Shown in pieces: positions 20,917 to 28,590 of a stretch of DNA of 64,000 bases. The stretch's first letter is position 1. Every line of letters begins with the position of its first letter. The DNA is from an uncultured Gemmatimonadales bacterium. Its GTDB lineage: Bacteria > Gemmatimonadota > Gemmatimonadetes > Gemmatimonadales > GWC2-71-9. The stretch spans positions 375,766-439,765 of the forward strand of contig CAVPRU010000014.1 in the NCBI GenBank assembly GCA_963707875.1, in the 5' to 3' direction. The notes under the pieces are model-generated. The model did not search any database. It was not told the DNA's origin and was given only the letters and a program-made list of their open reading frames with translations. The position numbers and the translations under genes were made by a program.

Positions 20917-21356
20917 CCCTGCTCCGGTTCGATTTTTTCCACCCGCCGGGCATGGCGCCCGCCTTCGAATTCGGTCGTCAGCCAGGTCCGCAGGATCTCC
21001 CGGCCCTGGGCGTCGGTCAGGAAGCGGGCCGGCAGGACCAGGACATTGGCGTCATTGTGCTCCCGGGACAGCCGGGCAATCTCCGGGGTCCAGGCCACGG
21101 CCGCTCGCACGCCGGGGTGCCGGTTGGCGGCGTAGGACATTCCGAGTCCCGATCCGCAGAGCAGAACCCCCCGGGCCGCTCGACCACTTTCGACCCGCTC
21201 CGCCACCTGGTGGGCAAAGTCGGGATAGTCCACCGAGGCGTCGGAGTGGGTCCCGACATCCTCCACCTGGTACCCCAGCGCCGCCAGTTCGTCCTTGAGG
21301 CGTTCCTTGAGGGGGAATCCCGCGTGGTCAGCCCCGATTGGAATCGTCTCGGCCAT
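20913..21356 (-). CDS. rpiB: ribose-5-phosphate isomerase B
   Basis: [29 protein letters not shown]...[17 protein letters not shown]. Start is ATG 21356. Confidence 0.9.
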   Translation of the reverse strand: MAETIPIGADHAGFPLKERLKDELAALGYQVEDVGTHSDASVDYPDFAHQVAERVESGRAARGVLLCGSGLGMSYAANRHPGVRAAVAWTPEIARLSREHNDANVLVLPARFLTDAQGREILRTWLTTEFEGGRHARRVEKIEPEQG

Positions 21357-21394
21357 GATCCCTAATGTAGTGAAAACCGGCCCGGCGCGCCCTG

Positions 21395-22468
21395 TTAGCG
21401 GTCGCCCCCGATCCACATCCGGGACAGCCGGCCAAAGGCCCCGATCCGCTCTTCGGCCACCCGATCAGCGGCCCGGTTGGTGGGGATCTTCTCCCGGCCC
21501 GCGATGGCGAAGATGGTGAGGATCGTGTCGTAGATCTCCTGGGCCTTCCGGAGCGACCGTTCCTGGGCCCAGCCCTCGAGCTCACCATATACATTGATCA
21601 GGCCGCCCCCATTGATCACGAAATCAGGGGCGTACAGCAGCCCGCGCTCCTCCACCATCTGGCCGTGCCGATCCTCCTCGGCGAGCTGGTTGTTGGCTCC
21701 GCCGGCAATCACCTCGACCTTGAGCCGGGGGATCGTATTGTCGTTCAGGGTCGCTCCCAGGGCGCACGGCGCGTAGACGTCGGCGGCCACATCGTAGATC
21801 TCGTCCGGGGCGACGCCCTGGGCCCCGAATTCCTCCCGGAACTTCTTCACTCGCTCGACATCGATATCGGTCGCGATGATCCTGGCCCCGTCCTCCTGGA
21901 GGTGGCGCGACAGATAGTACGCGACCTTGCCACACCCCTGCACCGCGATGGTCCGGCTGGACAGATCGTCCGTCCCCCAGCGGGTCTTGGCCGCGGCCTT
22001 GATGCCCATGTAAACGCCGTAGCCCGTCACCGGCGAGGGGTCCCCGGACAGGCCCTGCAGTCCGGCCACATGGCTGGTCTCCCGTCGGACGAATTCCATG
22101 TCGGCGGGGCTGGTCCCCACATCCTCGGCGGTGATGTATCGGCCCCCGAGCGATTCGACAAACCGGCCGTGGGCCCGGAACAGAATCTCCCGGTCGGTCC
22201 GCCGGTTGTCCCCCAGGATGACCGCCTTGCCGCCGCCGAGGTTGAGGCCGGCGACCGCCGCCTTGTAGGTCATGCCCCGGGCCAGTCGGAGGGCGTCGAT
22301 CACCGCCTCTTCGGTGCTGGCGTAGTTCCAGAAGCGGGTGCCACCGAGGGCGGGGCCGAGGGTCGTATCATGGATCGCGATGATCCCGAGGTATCCGCTG
22401 GTCGGCTCATGACAGTAGACCACCTGTTCGTGGCCGAGCTCCCGCATTACCTGAAAGACATCCGTCAC
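21395..22468 (-). CDS. Leu/Phe/Val (Glu/Leu/Phe/Val family) amino-acid dehydrogenase
   Basis: GIIAIHDTTLGPALGGTRFWNY..EAVIDALRLARGMTYKAAVAGLNLGGGKAVI and the NAD site AVQGCGKVA. GTG 22468 is preceded by AGGAG with a 6-nt spacer. Confidence 0.88.
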   Translation of the reverse strand: MTDVFQVMRELGHEQVVYCHEPTSGYLGIIAIHDTTLGPALGGTRFWNYASTEEAVIDALRLARGMTYKAAVAGLNLGGGKAVILGDNRRTDREILFRAHGRFVESLGGRYITAEDVGTSPADMEFVRRETSHVAGLQGLSGDPSPVTGYGVYMGIKAAAKTRWGTDDLSSRTIAVQGCGKVAYYLSRHLQEDGARIIATDIDVERVKKFREEFGAQGVAPDEIYDVAADVYAPCALGATLNDNTIPRLKVEVIAGGANNQLAEEDRHGQMVEERGLLYAPDFVINGGGLINVYGELEGWAQERSLRKAQEIYDTILTIFAIAGREKIPTNRAADRVAEERIGAFGRLSRMWIGGDR

Positions 22469-22493
22469 GCGATTCTCCTGAGGAGGTTGTGGC

Positions 22494-23342
22494 TCACTTG
22501 GAATAGTCGTAGAACCCGCGACCGCTCTTCCGGCCGAGGTGACCGGCGGCGACCATCCGGCGCAGCAGCGGGCAGGCCCGATACTTGGGATCGCCCAGCC
22601 CCTGGTGCAGCACCTCCAGGATGGCGAGGCAGACATCGAGCCCGATCAGGTCGGCCAGGGCGAGCGGCCCCATCGGGTGGTTCATCCCCAGTTTCATGAC
22701 CGTATCGACGGCTTCGGGGGTGGCCACGCCCTCCATGACGCAGTACACGGCCTCGTTGATCATCGGCATCAGGATCCGGTTGGCGACGAATCCCGGATAG
22801 TCATTCACCTCGACCGGCGTCTTCCCCAGGGCACGCGCGATCTCGACCACCCGAGCTGTTGCGTGATCGGACGTGGCGTGACCCCGGATGATCTCCACCA
22901 GTTGCATGACGGGGACCGGATTCATGAAGTGCATCCCCACCACTTGCCCGGGCCGGCCGGTACTCGCAGCGATGGCGGTAATGCTGATGGAGGAGGTGTT
23001 GGACGCCAGGATCACCCCGGGAGCACAGACCCGATCGAGGGTCTGGAAGATCTCGAACTTGAGCGCCGGATTCTCGGTGGCCGCTTCCACGACGAGCTCC
23101 GCGCCGGCGGCCGCCTCCAGTGATTCCGCCGTCGCGATCCGGCTCAGCACCAGGGCTGGCTCCTCGGCGGACAGCGTCCCTTTCTTGACCTGGCGATCCA
23201 GGTTCTTGCGGATGGTCGTCAGGCCCTGCTCCAGGGCCGCGGCTCGCACGTCGATCAGGGTCACATCCCATTCATGCTGGGCAAAGAGATGGGCGATGCC
23301 GTTGCCCATGGTACCTGCCCCGATCACTGCCACCTTGCTCAT
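22494..23342 (-). CDS. hbd: 3-hydroxybutyryl-CoA dehydrogenase
   Basis: [21 protein letters not shown] (Rossmann fold), ..[10 protein letters not shown].., [24 protein letters not shown] 23342 overlaps the upstream stop (ATGA). Confidence 0.92.
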   Translation of the reverse strand: MSKVAVIGAGTMGNGIAHLFAQHEWDVTLIDVRAAALEQGLTTIRKNLDRQVKKGTLSAEEPALVLSRIATAESLEAAAGAELVVEAATENPALKFEIFQTLDRVCAPGVILASNTSSISITAIAASTGRPGQVVGMHFMNPVPVMQLVEIIRGHATSDHATARVVEIARALGKTPVEVNDYPGFVANRILMPMINEAVYCVMEGVATPEAVDTVMKLGMNHPMGPLALADLIGLDVCLAILEVLHQGLGDPKYRACPLLRRMVAAGHLGRKSGRGFYDYSK

Positions 23343-24199
23343 GCCTGTGTCTCCTTCGCGAGGACCCGCGCTACCATGCCGATTGCCGCCAGCAGCACTC
23401 CGGTGGCCAGGACTCCAGCCTCTGGTCCAAACGGGCCTCCGGTCAGCCACGGCGGGCCCCCCGGGGCATAGTCGAGTCCCGGCACCGGCAGCGGCAGCCC
23501 GCTGACGGGAGCGGCCAGCGACGCCAGGGTGAGGTTCCAGCCGAGATGGGCGCCGGTGGCCGTCCAGAGGCCACCGGGAAGATAGAAGATCAGCCCGAGG
23601 AACACCCCCGCCAGGACGATATTGACGAGTCCGAACGCGGTGATTTCGGGATTGAACAGGTGCGCGGCCCCGAACAGAAGGGCCAGCCCCACCACGGCGG
23701 GCCACCGACCCAGGGCCTGAGTCAGGACGACCAGCGGCAACCCTCGGAAGATCACCTCTTCGGCCAGGGCCGCAGGCCCCAGCAGCGCCAACAAACCCGG
23801 CAGATTGGCTAGCCACGCCGCGGTGGTTCCGCCATCGGCCGACCACGCGGCGCCGGCCGTCAGTACCCCCAGCACCATGACGACAACGGCCGGCAGGGCT
23901 CCGAACCCGAGGCCTCTCGGGAAGCCGCGCCCTCCCCCGGGTACCCAGCGCAGGTCTGTCGGGCTGAGCCGGGCTGCCCGAAGCCCCATCGCCCAGGTCA
24001 GCACGCCGAAGGCGAGCAGGGCACAGCCGGCCTGGATGGCCGCGCTGGCCATGATGTCAGGCGGGGCGTCCCCGAAGAGCCGCCCCGTTACCCCTGCGTA
24101 CAGCAGCACCGTGAAGAGAAACCCCGCCAGCAGAAAGCTGGCCGCCAGCCCGACCGCCACCAGGCGGCGCGGCGGATCGCGAGGGGCGGCCCGGCTCAC
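23339..24199 (-). CDS. CPBP family intramembrane glutamic endopeptidase (CAAX protease-like)
   Basis: A multi-TM protein with [10 protein letters not shown] and FGAAHL motifs. The start is either GTG 24199 (GTGA overlap with the bioY stop) or ATG 24229. Confidence 0.75.
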   Translation of the reverse strand: MSRAAPRDPPRRLVAVGLAASFLLAGFLFTVLLYAGVTGRLFGDAPPDIMASAAIQAGCALLAFGVLTWAMGLRAARLSPTDLRWVPGGGRGFPRGLGFGALPAVVVMVLGVLTAGAAWSADGGTTAAWLANLPGLLALLGPAALAEEVIFRGLPLVVLTQALGRWPAVVGLALLFGAAHLFNPEITAFGLVNIVLAGVFLGLIFYLPGGLWTATGAHLGWNLTLASLAAPVSGLPLPVPGLDYAPGGPPWLTGGPFGPEAGVLATGVLLAAIGMVARVLAKETQA

Positions 24200-24771
24200 G
24201 CGGAAATCGGAAGCCGGCGACGGAGCCACGGCATCATCACCGACGCCACCCCGACCTTGCCGAAACTGGCCATCACGAACGGGATCGGGCCGGGACCAAA
24301 GGCCACCTGAAGATCACTCCCCAGCACCGTCAGCTGGGTGATCCCACCCAGATGGATGATCACCATGCCCGCCAGGCCACCCAGCCAGGCGCGCATGATT
24401 CCCTTCGTCCTGACGATCGCGCCGGTGGCCGCAGCGGCCAGCGGGAAGGCGAGCAGGTAGCCGCCGGTCGGGCCGAGCAATCGTTCCAGGCCTGATCCGC
24501 CGTTGGCGAAGATGGGGAGGCCGAGGGTTCCCAGCACCAGGTACCCCACCATGGTCAGGGCCCCGAGCCGACTCCCGAACACGCCACCGATCACGATCAC
24601 CGCGAACGACTGGAGGGTCATCGGAACGGGACTGCCGAGATGGGGCACCGTGACCCGCCCCGCCAGCACCATCAACACCACGCCGGCCAGCACCGCCACG
24701 ACCAGCACCCATGGGGCCGTGACCAGGACCTGCTGGCCGGGGTCGGATGGACTCGATTCCGGTTCGGTCAC
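24196..24771 (-). CDS. bioY: biotin transporter BioY
   Basis: VPMTLQSFAVIVIGGVFGSRLGALTMVGYLVLGTLGLPIFANGGSG...GPTGGYLLAFPLAA is the typical BioY pattern. Confidence 0.85.
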   Translation of the reverse strand: MTEPESSPSDPGQQVLVTAPWVLVVAVLAGVVLMVLAGRVTVPHLGSPVPMTLQSFAVIVIGGVFGSRLGALTMVGYLVLGTLGLPIFANGGSGLERLLGPTGGYLLAFPLAAAATGAIVRTKGIMRAWLGGLAGMVIIHLGGITQLTVLGSDLQVAFGPGPIPFVMASFGKVGVASVMMPWLRRRLPISA

Positions 24772-25955
24772 ACCGCCTCGACCGAGAGCGCCACCGCGTT
24801 GCCGCCGCCCAGGCAGAGGGTGGCCAGCCCGGACGAGACCGAGCGGTCCTGCATCGCGGACAGCAGGGTGGTGAGCACCCGGGCACCGCTGGCGCCGATC
24901 GGATGGCCCAGGGCGATGGCTCCACCGTTCACGTTGACCCGGTCGGCGTCCCAGCCGAGGCCACGACCGTCGGCGATCGCCTGCACTGCGAACGCCTCGT
25001 TGGCCTCGATCAGTCCGTAGTCATTGATCGTCGTGCCGGCCTGCTTCATGAGGTTCTGCACGGCGAGGATTGGAGCGTAGAACAGTTCCTTCGGCTCCCC
25101 GCCGCCCGTGGCGTAGCCGGTGATCCGGGCCATCGGGGTCAGGCCGTGCGTCTTGGCAAACGCGAGCGAAGTCACCACCAGAGCGCTGGCACCGTCGTTC
25201 AGCCCGGGCGCGTTGCCGGGGGTGACGGTCCCGTCCTTCTCGAAGGCGGGGCGGAGCTTGGCCAACGCTTCCACCGAGGTGTCCTCCCGGGGTCCCTCGT
25301 CGGTGTCGACGGTGGTGGTGCCCTTCCGGGAGGCGATGACGACGGGGACGATCTCCCGGCGGAAGCGCCCTCCCTCGATCGCCGCCACGGCCTTGCGGTG
25401 ACTGTGGCAGGCGTACTCGTCCTGCTCCTCCCGGGTCACGCCCGATTTCTGGGCGGTGTACTCCGCGTAGGCACCCATGTGGACCCCCCCGAAGGAGTCC
25501 CACAGGCCATCGTGGATCATCCCATCGACCAGATTCTGGTTGCCGGCCTTGATCCCGGTCCGATAGCCGTAGAGGTAGTGGGGCGAGGCCGACATCGCCT
25601 CCATCCCGCCGGCCACCACGCACTGGGCGTCGCCGGCGCGAATCGACTGGGCCGCCAGCATGACGGCCTTGAGTCCGGAGCCGCAGACCTTGTTGATGGT
25701 CAGGGCGGGAATCACGCCGGCCAATCCGGCCTGGATCATCGCCTGGCGGGCCGGGGCCTGTCCTGAGCCGCCCTGGAGGACATGTCCCAGGATGACCTCA
25801 TCGATCAGCGAGGCATCCACCGCGGCGCGGGCTACGGCCTCCTTGACGACGATGGCACCGAGTTGCGGAGCGGTGAAACCGGCCAGCCCGCCGAGATATT
25901 TCCCGATCGGGGTGCGGCAGGCGGAGAGGATGACGGGGGTGGTGGAGTCAGGCAC
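24768..25955 (-). CDS. acetyl-CoA C-acetyltransferase (thiolase II)
   Basis: VILSACRTPIGKY.G......INKVCGSGLKAV...(active-site Cys)...NGGAIALGHPIGASGAR...LCLGGG. GTG start at 25955. Confidence 0.93.
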   Translation of the reverse strand: MPDSTTPVILSACRTPIGKYLGGLAGFTAPQLGAIVVKEAVARAAVDASLIDEVILGHVLQGGSGQAPARQAMIQAGLAGVIPALTINKVCGSGLKAVMLAAQSIRAGDAQCVVAGGMEAMSASPHYLYGYRTGIKAGNQNLVDGMIHDGLWDSFGGVHMGAYAEYTAQKSGVTREEQDEYACHSHRKAVAAIEGGRFRREIVPVVIASRKGTTTVDTDEGPREDTSVEALAKLRPAFEKDGTVTPGNAPGLNDGASALVVTSLAFAKTHGLTPMARITGYATGGGEPKELFYAPILAVQNLMKQAGTTINDYGLIEANEAFAVQAIADGRGLGWDADRVNVNGGAIALGHPIGASGARVLTTLLSAMQDRSVSSGLATLCLGGGNAVALSVEAV

Positions 25956-26004
25956 GGCGGGCTTCCATTCGTGAAAAGGTCATGGCCCTGGAGCGCCCGG
26001 CTGG

Positions 26005-27942
26005 CTAGCCGGACGTCCGCTTGGTGGATTCGTCGAGCACCTGCCGGATGAACTCTCCAACCGGCAGCACGGTCTGCTTGTTCCCGGCGCCTCGGGCCCG
26101 GACCGCCACGGTGCCGCCATCGACTTCCCGCTGTCCCAGCACGCCCATGTACGGCACCTTGGCGGTCTCGGCCTCGCGGATCCGGTAGTTCAGGGTCTCG
26201 TGGCTCGCGTCGAGGGTGGCCCGGATGCCGGCCGCCTTGAACTGCGCCGTCACCGCCTGGGCCGCGTCCGCCTGGCTGTCGCTGATCGGGAGGATCCGGA
26301 CCTGTTCCGGAGCGAGCCAGACCGGGAAGGCACCGGCAAAGTGCTCGATCAGCGTCCCGATGAAGCGCTCCAGGGTGCCGTAGATGGCGCGATGGATCAT
26401 CACCGGACGGTGCGGCTTGTTGTCGGCCCCGGTGTATTCCAGCTCGAACCGCTCGGGCAGGATGAAGTCGAGCTGGACGGTCGGGCCCTGCCAGACGCGG
26501 CCGATGGCGTCCTTGAACTTGATGTCGATCTTGGGGCCGTAGAAGGCACCGCCCCCGGCGTCGACCCGGTACGGGATCTTCATCCGCTGGAGGGCGGCCT
26601 CCAGAGTGGCCTCCGCCTTGTCCCAAGTGGCGTCGTCCCCCAGCCGCTCCGGTGGTCGGGTCGACACCTCGAAGTCGAGTTCGAAGCCGAACGGCTGCCG
26701 GACCAGGCGATCCACCTGGTCCAGGCAGAGGAAGATCTCGTCCTCGATCTGATCGAGGGTGCAGAAAATGTGGGCGTCATCCATGGAGAGGCCCCGGACC
26801 CGGAGCAGGCCATGCAGGGTCCCGGACTTCTCGTTGCGATAGACGTTGGCCACTTCGGAGAGCCGGATCGGCAGGTCGCGGTAGCTGCGATGCCGGCTCT
26901 TGTAGACCAGCGCGTGCATCGGGCAGTTCATCGGCTTGACCCGGTAGTGCACCTCCTCCCCTTCCCCGGCGCCGGCCCCCATCGCGGGATACTGATTGGC
27001 CTCGTACAGCGGCAGGTGCCCGGAGATCCGGAACAGTTCTTCCCGGGTCACGTTGGGGGTGTAGACCAGGTCGTACCCCTGGGCCACATTGTCATCCTCC
27101 ACCGCCCGGGTCAGCAGCCACTTGATCATGGCGCCTTTGGGGTGCCAGAAGACCAGCCCCGGTCCCACCAGCTCCTGGATGCTGAACAGGTCGAGCTGCC
27201 GGCCGAGCACCCGGTGATCCCGCTTGCGAGCCTCCTCGAGATTGTGGAGGTGGGCCTCCAGATCCTCCTTGCGGAACCAGGCGGTGCCGTAGATCCGCTG
27301 CAGCATCTGCCGCTTCTCGTCGCCCCGCCAGTAGGCCCCGGCGGAGGACAGCAGCTTGAAATGCTTGAGCCGACCGGTGCCGGGGACATGCGGGCCGCGG
27401 CAGAGATCGGTAAAGGGCCCGTCGGTGTAGGTCGTGATGACTTCGTTCTCGGCCAACTCCGCGATCCGCTCCAGCTTGAGCGGGTCATCGGAGAACCGGG
27501 CCAAGGCGGCTTCCCGGTCCACGACTTCCCGGACGAACGGATCGTCCCGCTCGATGACCGCGAGCATCCGGTGCTCGATCGCCTCGAGATCCTCGGGGGT
27601 AAACGGTCGCGGCACGTCGAAGTCGTAGTAGAAGCCGTCATCGATCGACGGGCCGAACCCGATGCCTGCGGTGGGCCAGAGCTCCCGCACCGCGGTAGCC
27701 AGGATGTGGGCGGCGGAGTGACGGAGCAGGGGGAGCGATTCGGGGGTCCGGTCGGTCAGGATCGCCACCGTCGCATCCGCCTCGATGGGGCGATCCAGGT
27801 CCCGGATTTCGCCGTTCACCGCGATCGCCAGCGCCGCGCGGGCCAGACCGGGACCGATCTGCTCGGCGAGCTGCCGTCCGGTGGCCCCCGACGGCAGGCT
27901 CCGGACACTGCCGTCAGGGAGGGTGACCTGAACGTCGCTCAT
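26005..27942 (-). CDS. thrS: threonine--tRNA ligase
   Basis: MSDVQVTLPDGS (TGS domain), HSAAHILA, class II motifs (..FRNE.SG.L.GL.RVR.. and GAFYGPKID) and a C-terminal anticodon-binding domain. ATG at 27942 gives 645 aa. The 1059-aa ORF-track extension upstream is not coding. Confidence 0.95.
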   Translation of the reverse strand: MSDVQVTLPDGSVRSLPSGATGRQLAEQIGPGLARAALAIAVNGEIRDLDRPIEADATVAILTDRTPESLPLLRHSAAHILATAVRELWPTAGIGFGPSIDDGFYYDFDVPRPFTPEDLEAIEHRMLAVIERDDPFVREVVDREAALARFSDDPLKLERIAELAENEVITTYTDGPFTDLCRGPHVPGTGRLKHFKLLSSAGAYWRGDEKRQMLQRIYGTAWFRKEDLEAHLHNLEEARKRDHRVLGRQLDLFSIQELVGPGLVFWHPKGAMIKWLLTRAVEDDNVAQGYDLVYTPNVTREELFRISGHLPLYEANQYPAMGAGAGEGEEVHYRVKPMNCPMHALVYKSRHRSYRDLPIRLSEVANVYRNEKSGTLHGLLRVRGLSMDDAHIFCTLDQIEDEIFLCLDQVDRLVRQPFGFELDFEVSTRPPERLGDDATWDKAEATLEAALQRMKIPYRVDAGGGAFYGPKIDIKFKDAIGRVWQGPTVQLDFILPERFELEYTGADNKPHRPVMIHRAIYGTLERFIGTLIEHFAGAFPVWLAPEQVRILPISDSQADAAQAVTAQFKAAGIRATLDASHETLNYRIREAETAKVPYMGVLGQREVDGGTVAVRARGAGNKQTVLPVGEFIRQVLDESTKRTSG

Positions 27943-28076
27943 GGGGTGAGCAGAGCGACGATGGGACCGGTCACCGGCGCCAGGCGGAAGAACAGGACAA
28001 GGCCCGCCGCCAGGACCAGCGCCAGGGCGACCCATTGCACGATGGTGGACCTGCTGGGGGTTGTCTCTTCGGCCAT
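27939..28076 (-). CDS. candidate 45-aa single-TM small protein, translationally coupled to thrS
   Basis: My own translation: MAEETTPSRSTIVQWVALALVLAAGLVLFFRLAPVTGPIVALLTP*. Its TGA overlaps the thrS ATG (CCATGAGC). It is below the ORF-track length cut-off, and I see no clear SD. Confidence 0.35.
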   Translation of the reverse strand: MAEETTPSRSTIVQWVALALVLAAGLVLFFRLAPVTGPIVALLTP

Positions 28077-28104
28077 GAACCAGAGCTCGAGAATCGAAGT
28101 TCGG

Positions 28105-28133
28105 AAAAAAAGGCCCGCAGGTCTGCCAGCGGG
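28105..28133 (-). terminator. hairpin followed by T7 on the minus strand, upstream of the small ORF and thrS (possible attenuator)
   Basis: The minus strand reads CCCGCtggcagacctGCGGGcc followed by TTTTTTT. The stem is only 5-6 bp and the loop is 10 nt. Confidence 0.3.
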
Positions 28134-28158
28134 TAGCCTCGTCCATTAAGTTAACTCC

Positions 28159-28590
28159 ATGCCCAGGCTTTCTGTACGCCGCTCCAGGTCTCTGGCGGAG
28201 ACCCTCGCGCTCGCGGCCGGGGGCCTCGCCGCCGGGTTCGTGGGCGGGTTCCTCGCGGGCGGTCTCCTGGGACCGGCGCGAATCCGCCAGGCGGTCACCG
28301 ATTGGGGCACCGAGAAGCCCGAGCCCGGCACCGCCGGAGGGGCGGCCGCCGCGATCCGGTACCGCACTGGCCGTCGACCCCGTCTTGGCCAAGGCCGCGC
28401 TCAGGGTGATTCCGGTCGATCGTCGACGGGTGGAACTGCACGGCTGGGTCACCAGTCGGCGCGAAGGCGCCCGGACCATCCGGCTCGCCCGGGAGGCCGC
28501 GCCGGGGTCGACGTGGTGGGTCGACTCCGGGTCCGGGGAGAAGATGACCAACCCCCGGGTGACGAGCAGGACGAGCGCCGCCCGGCATGA
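28159..28590 (+). pseudogene. membrane-anchored BON-domain protein, interrupted by two frameshifts (+1 near 28360, -1 at G-run 28504-28507)
   Basis: Frame 1 gives the TM N-terminus (LAETLALAAGGLAAGFVGGFLAGGLLG) and the C-terminus (VDVVGRLRVRGEDD). The BON core (TALAVDPVLAKAALRVIPVDRRRVELHGWVTSRREGARTIRLAREAAPG) is only readable in frame 2. The stop overlaps the valS ATG (ATGA). Confidence 0.6.

Noticed and set aside
28077-28158. A T-box leader upstream of thrS.
   Set aside because: Only about 80 nt are available before the divergent gene. I could find no specifier-loop or T-box (AGGGUGGNACCGCG-like) sequence.
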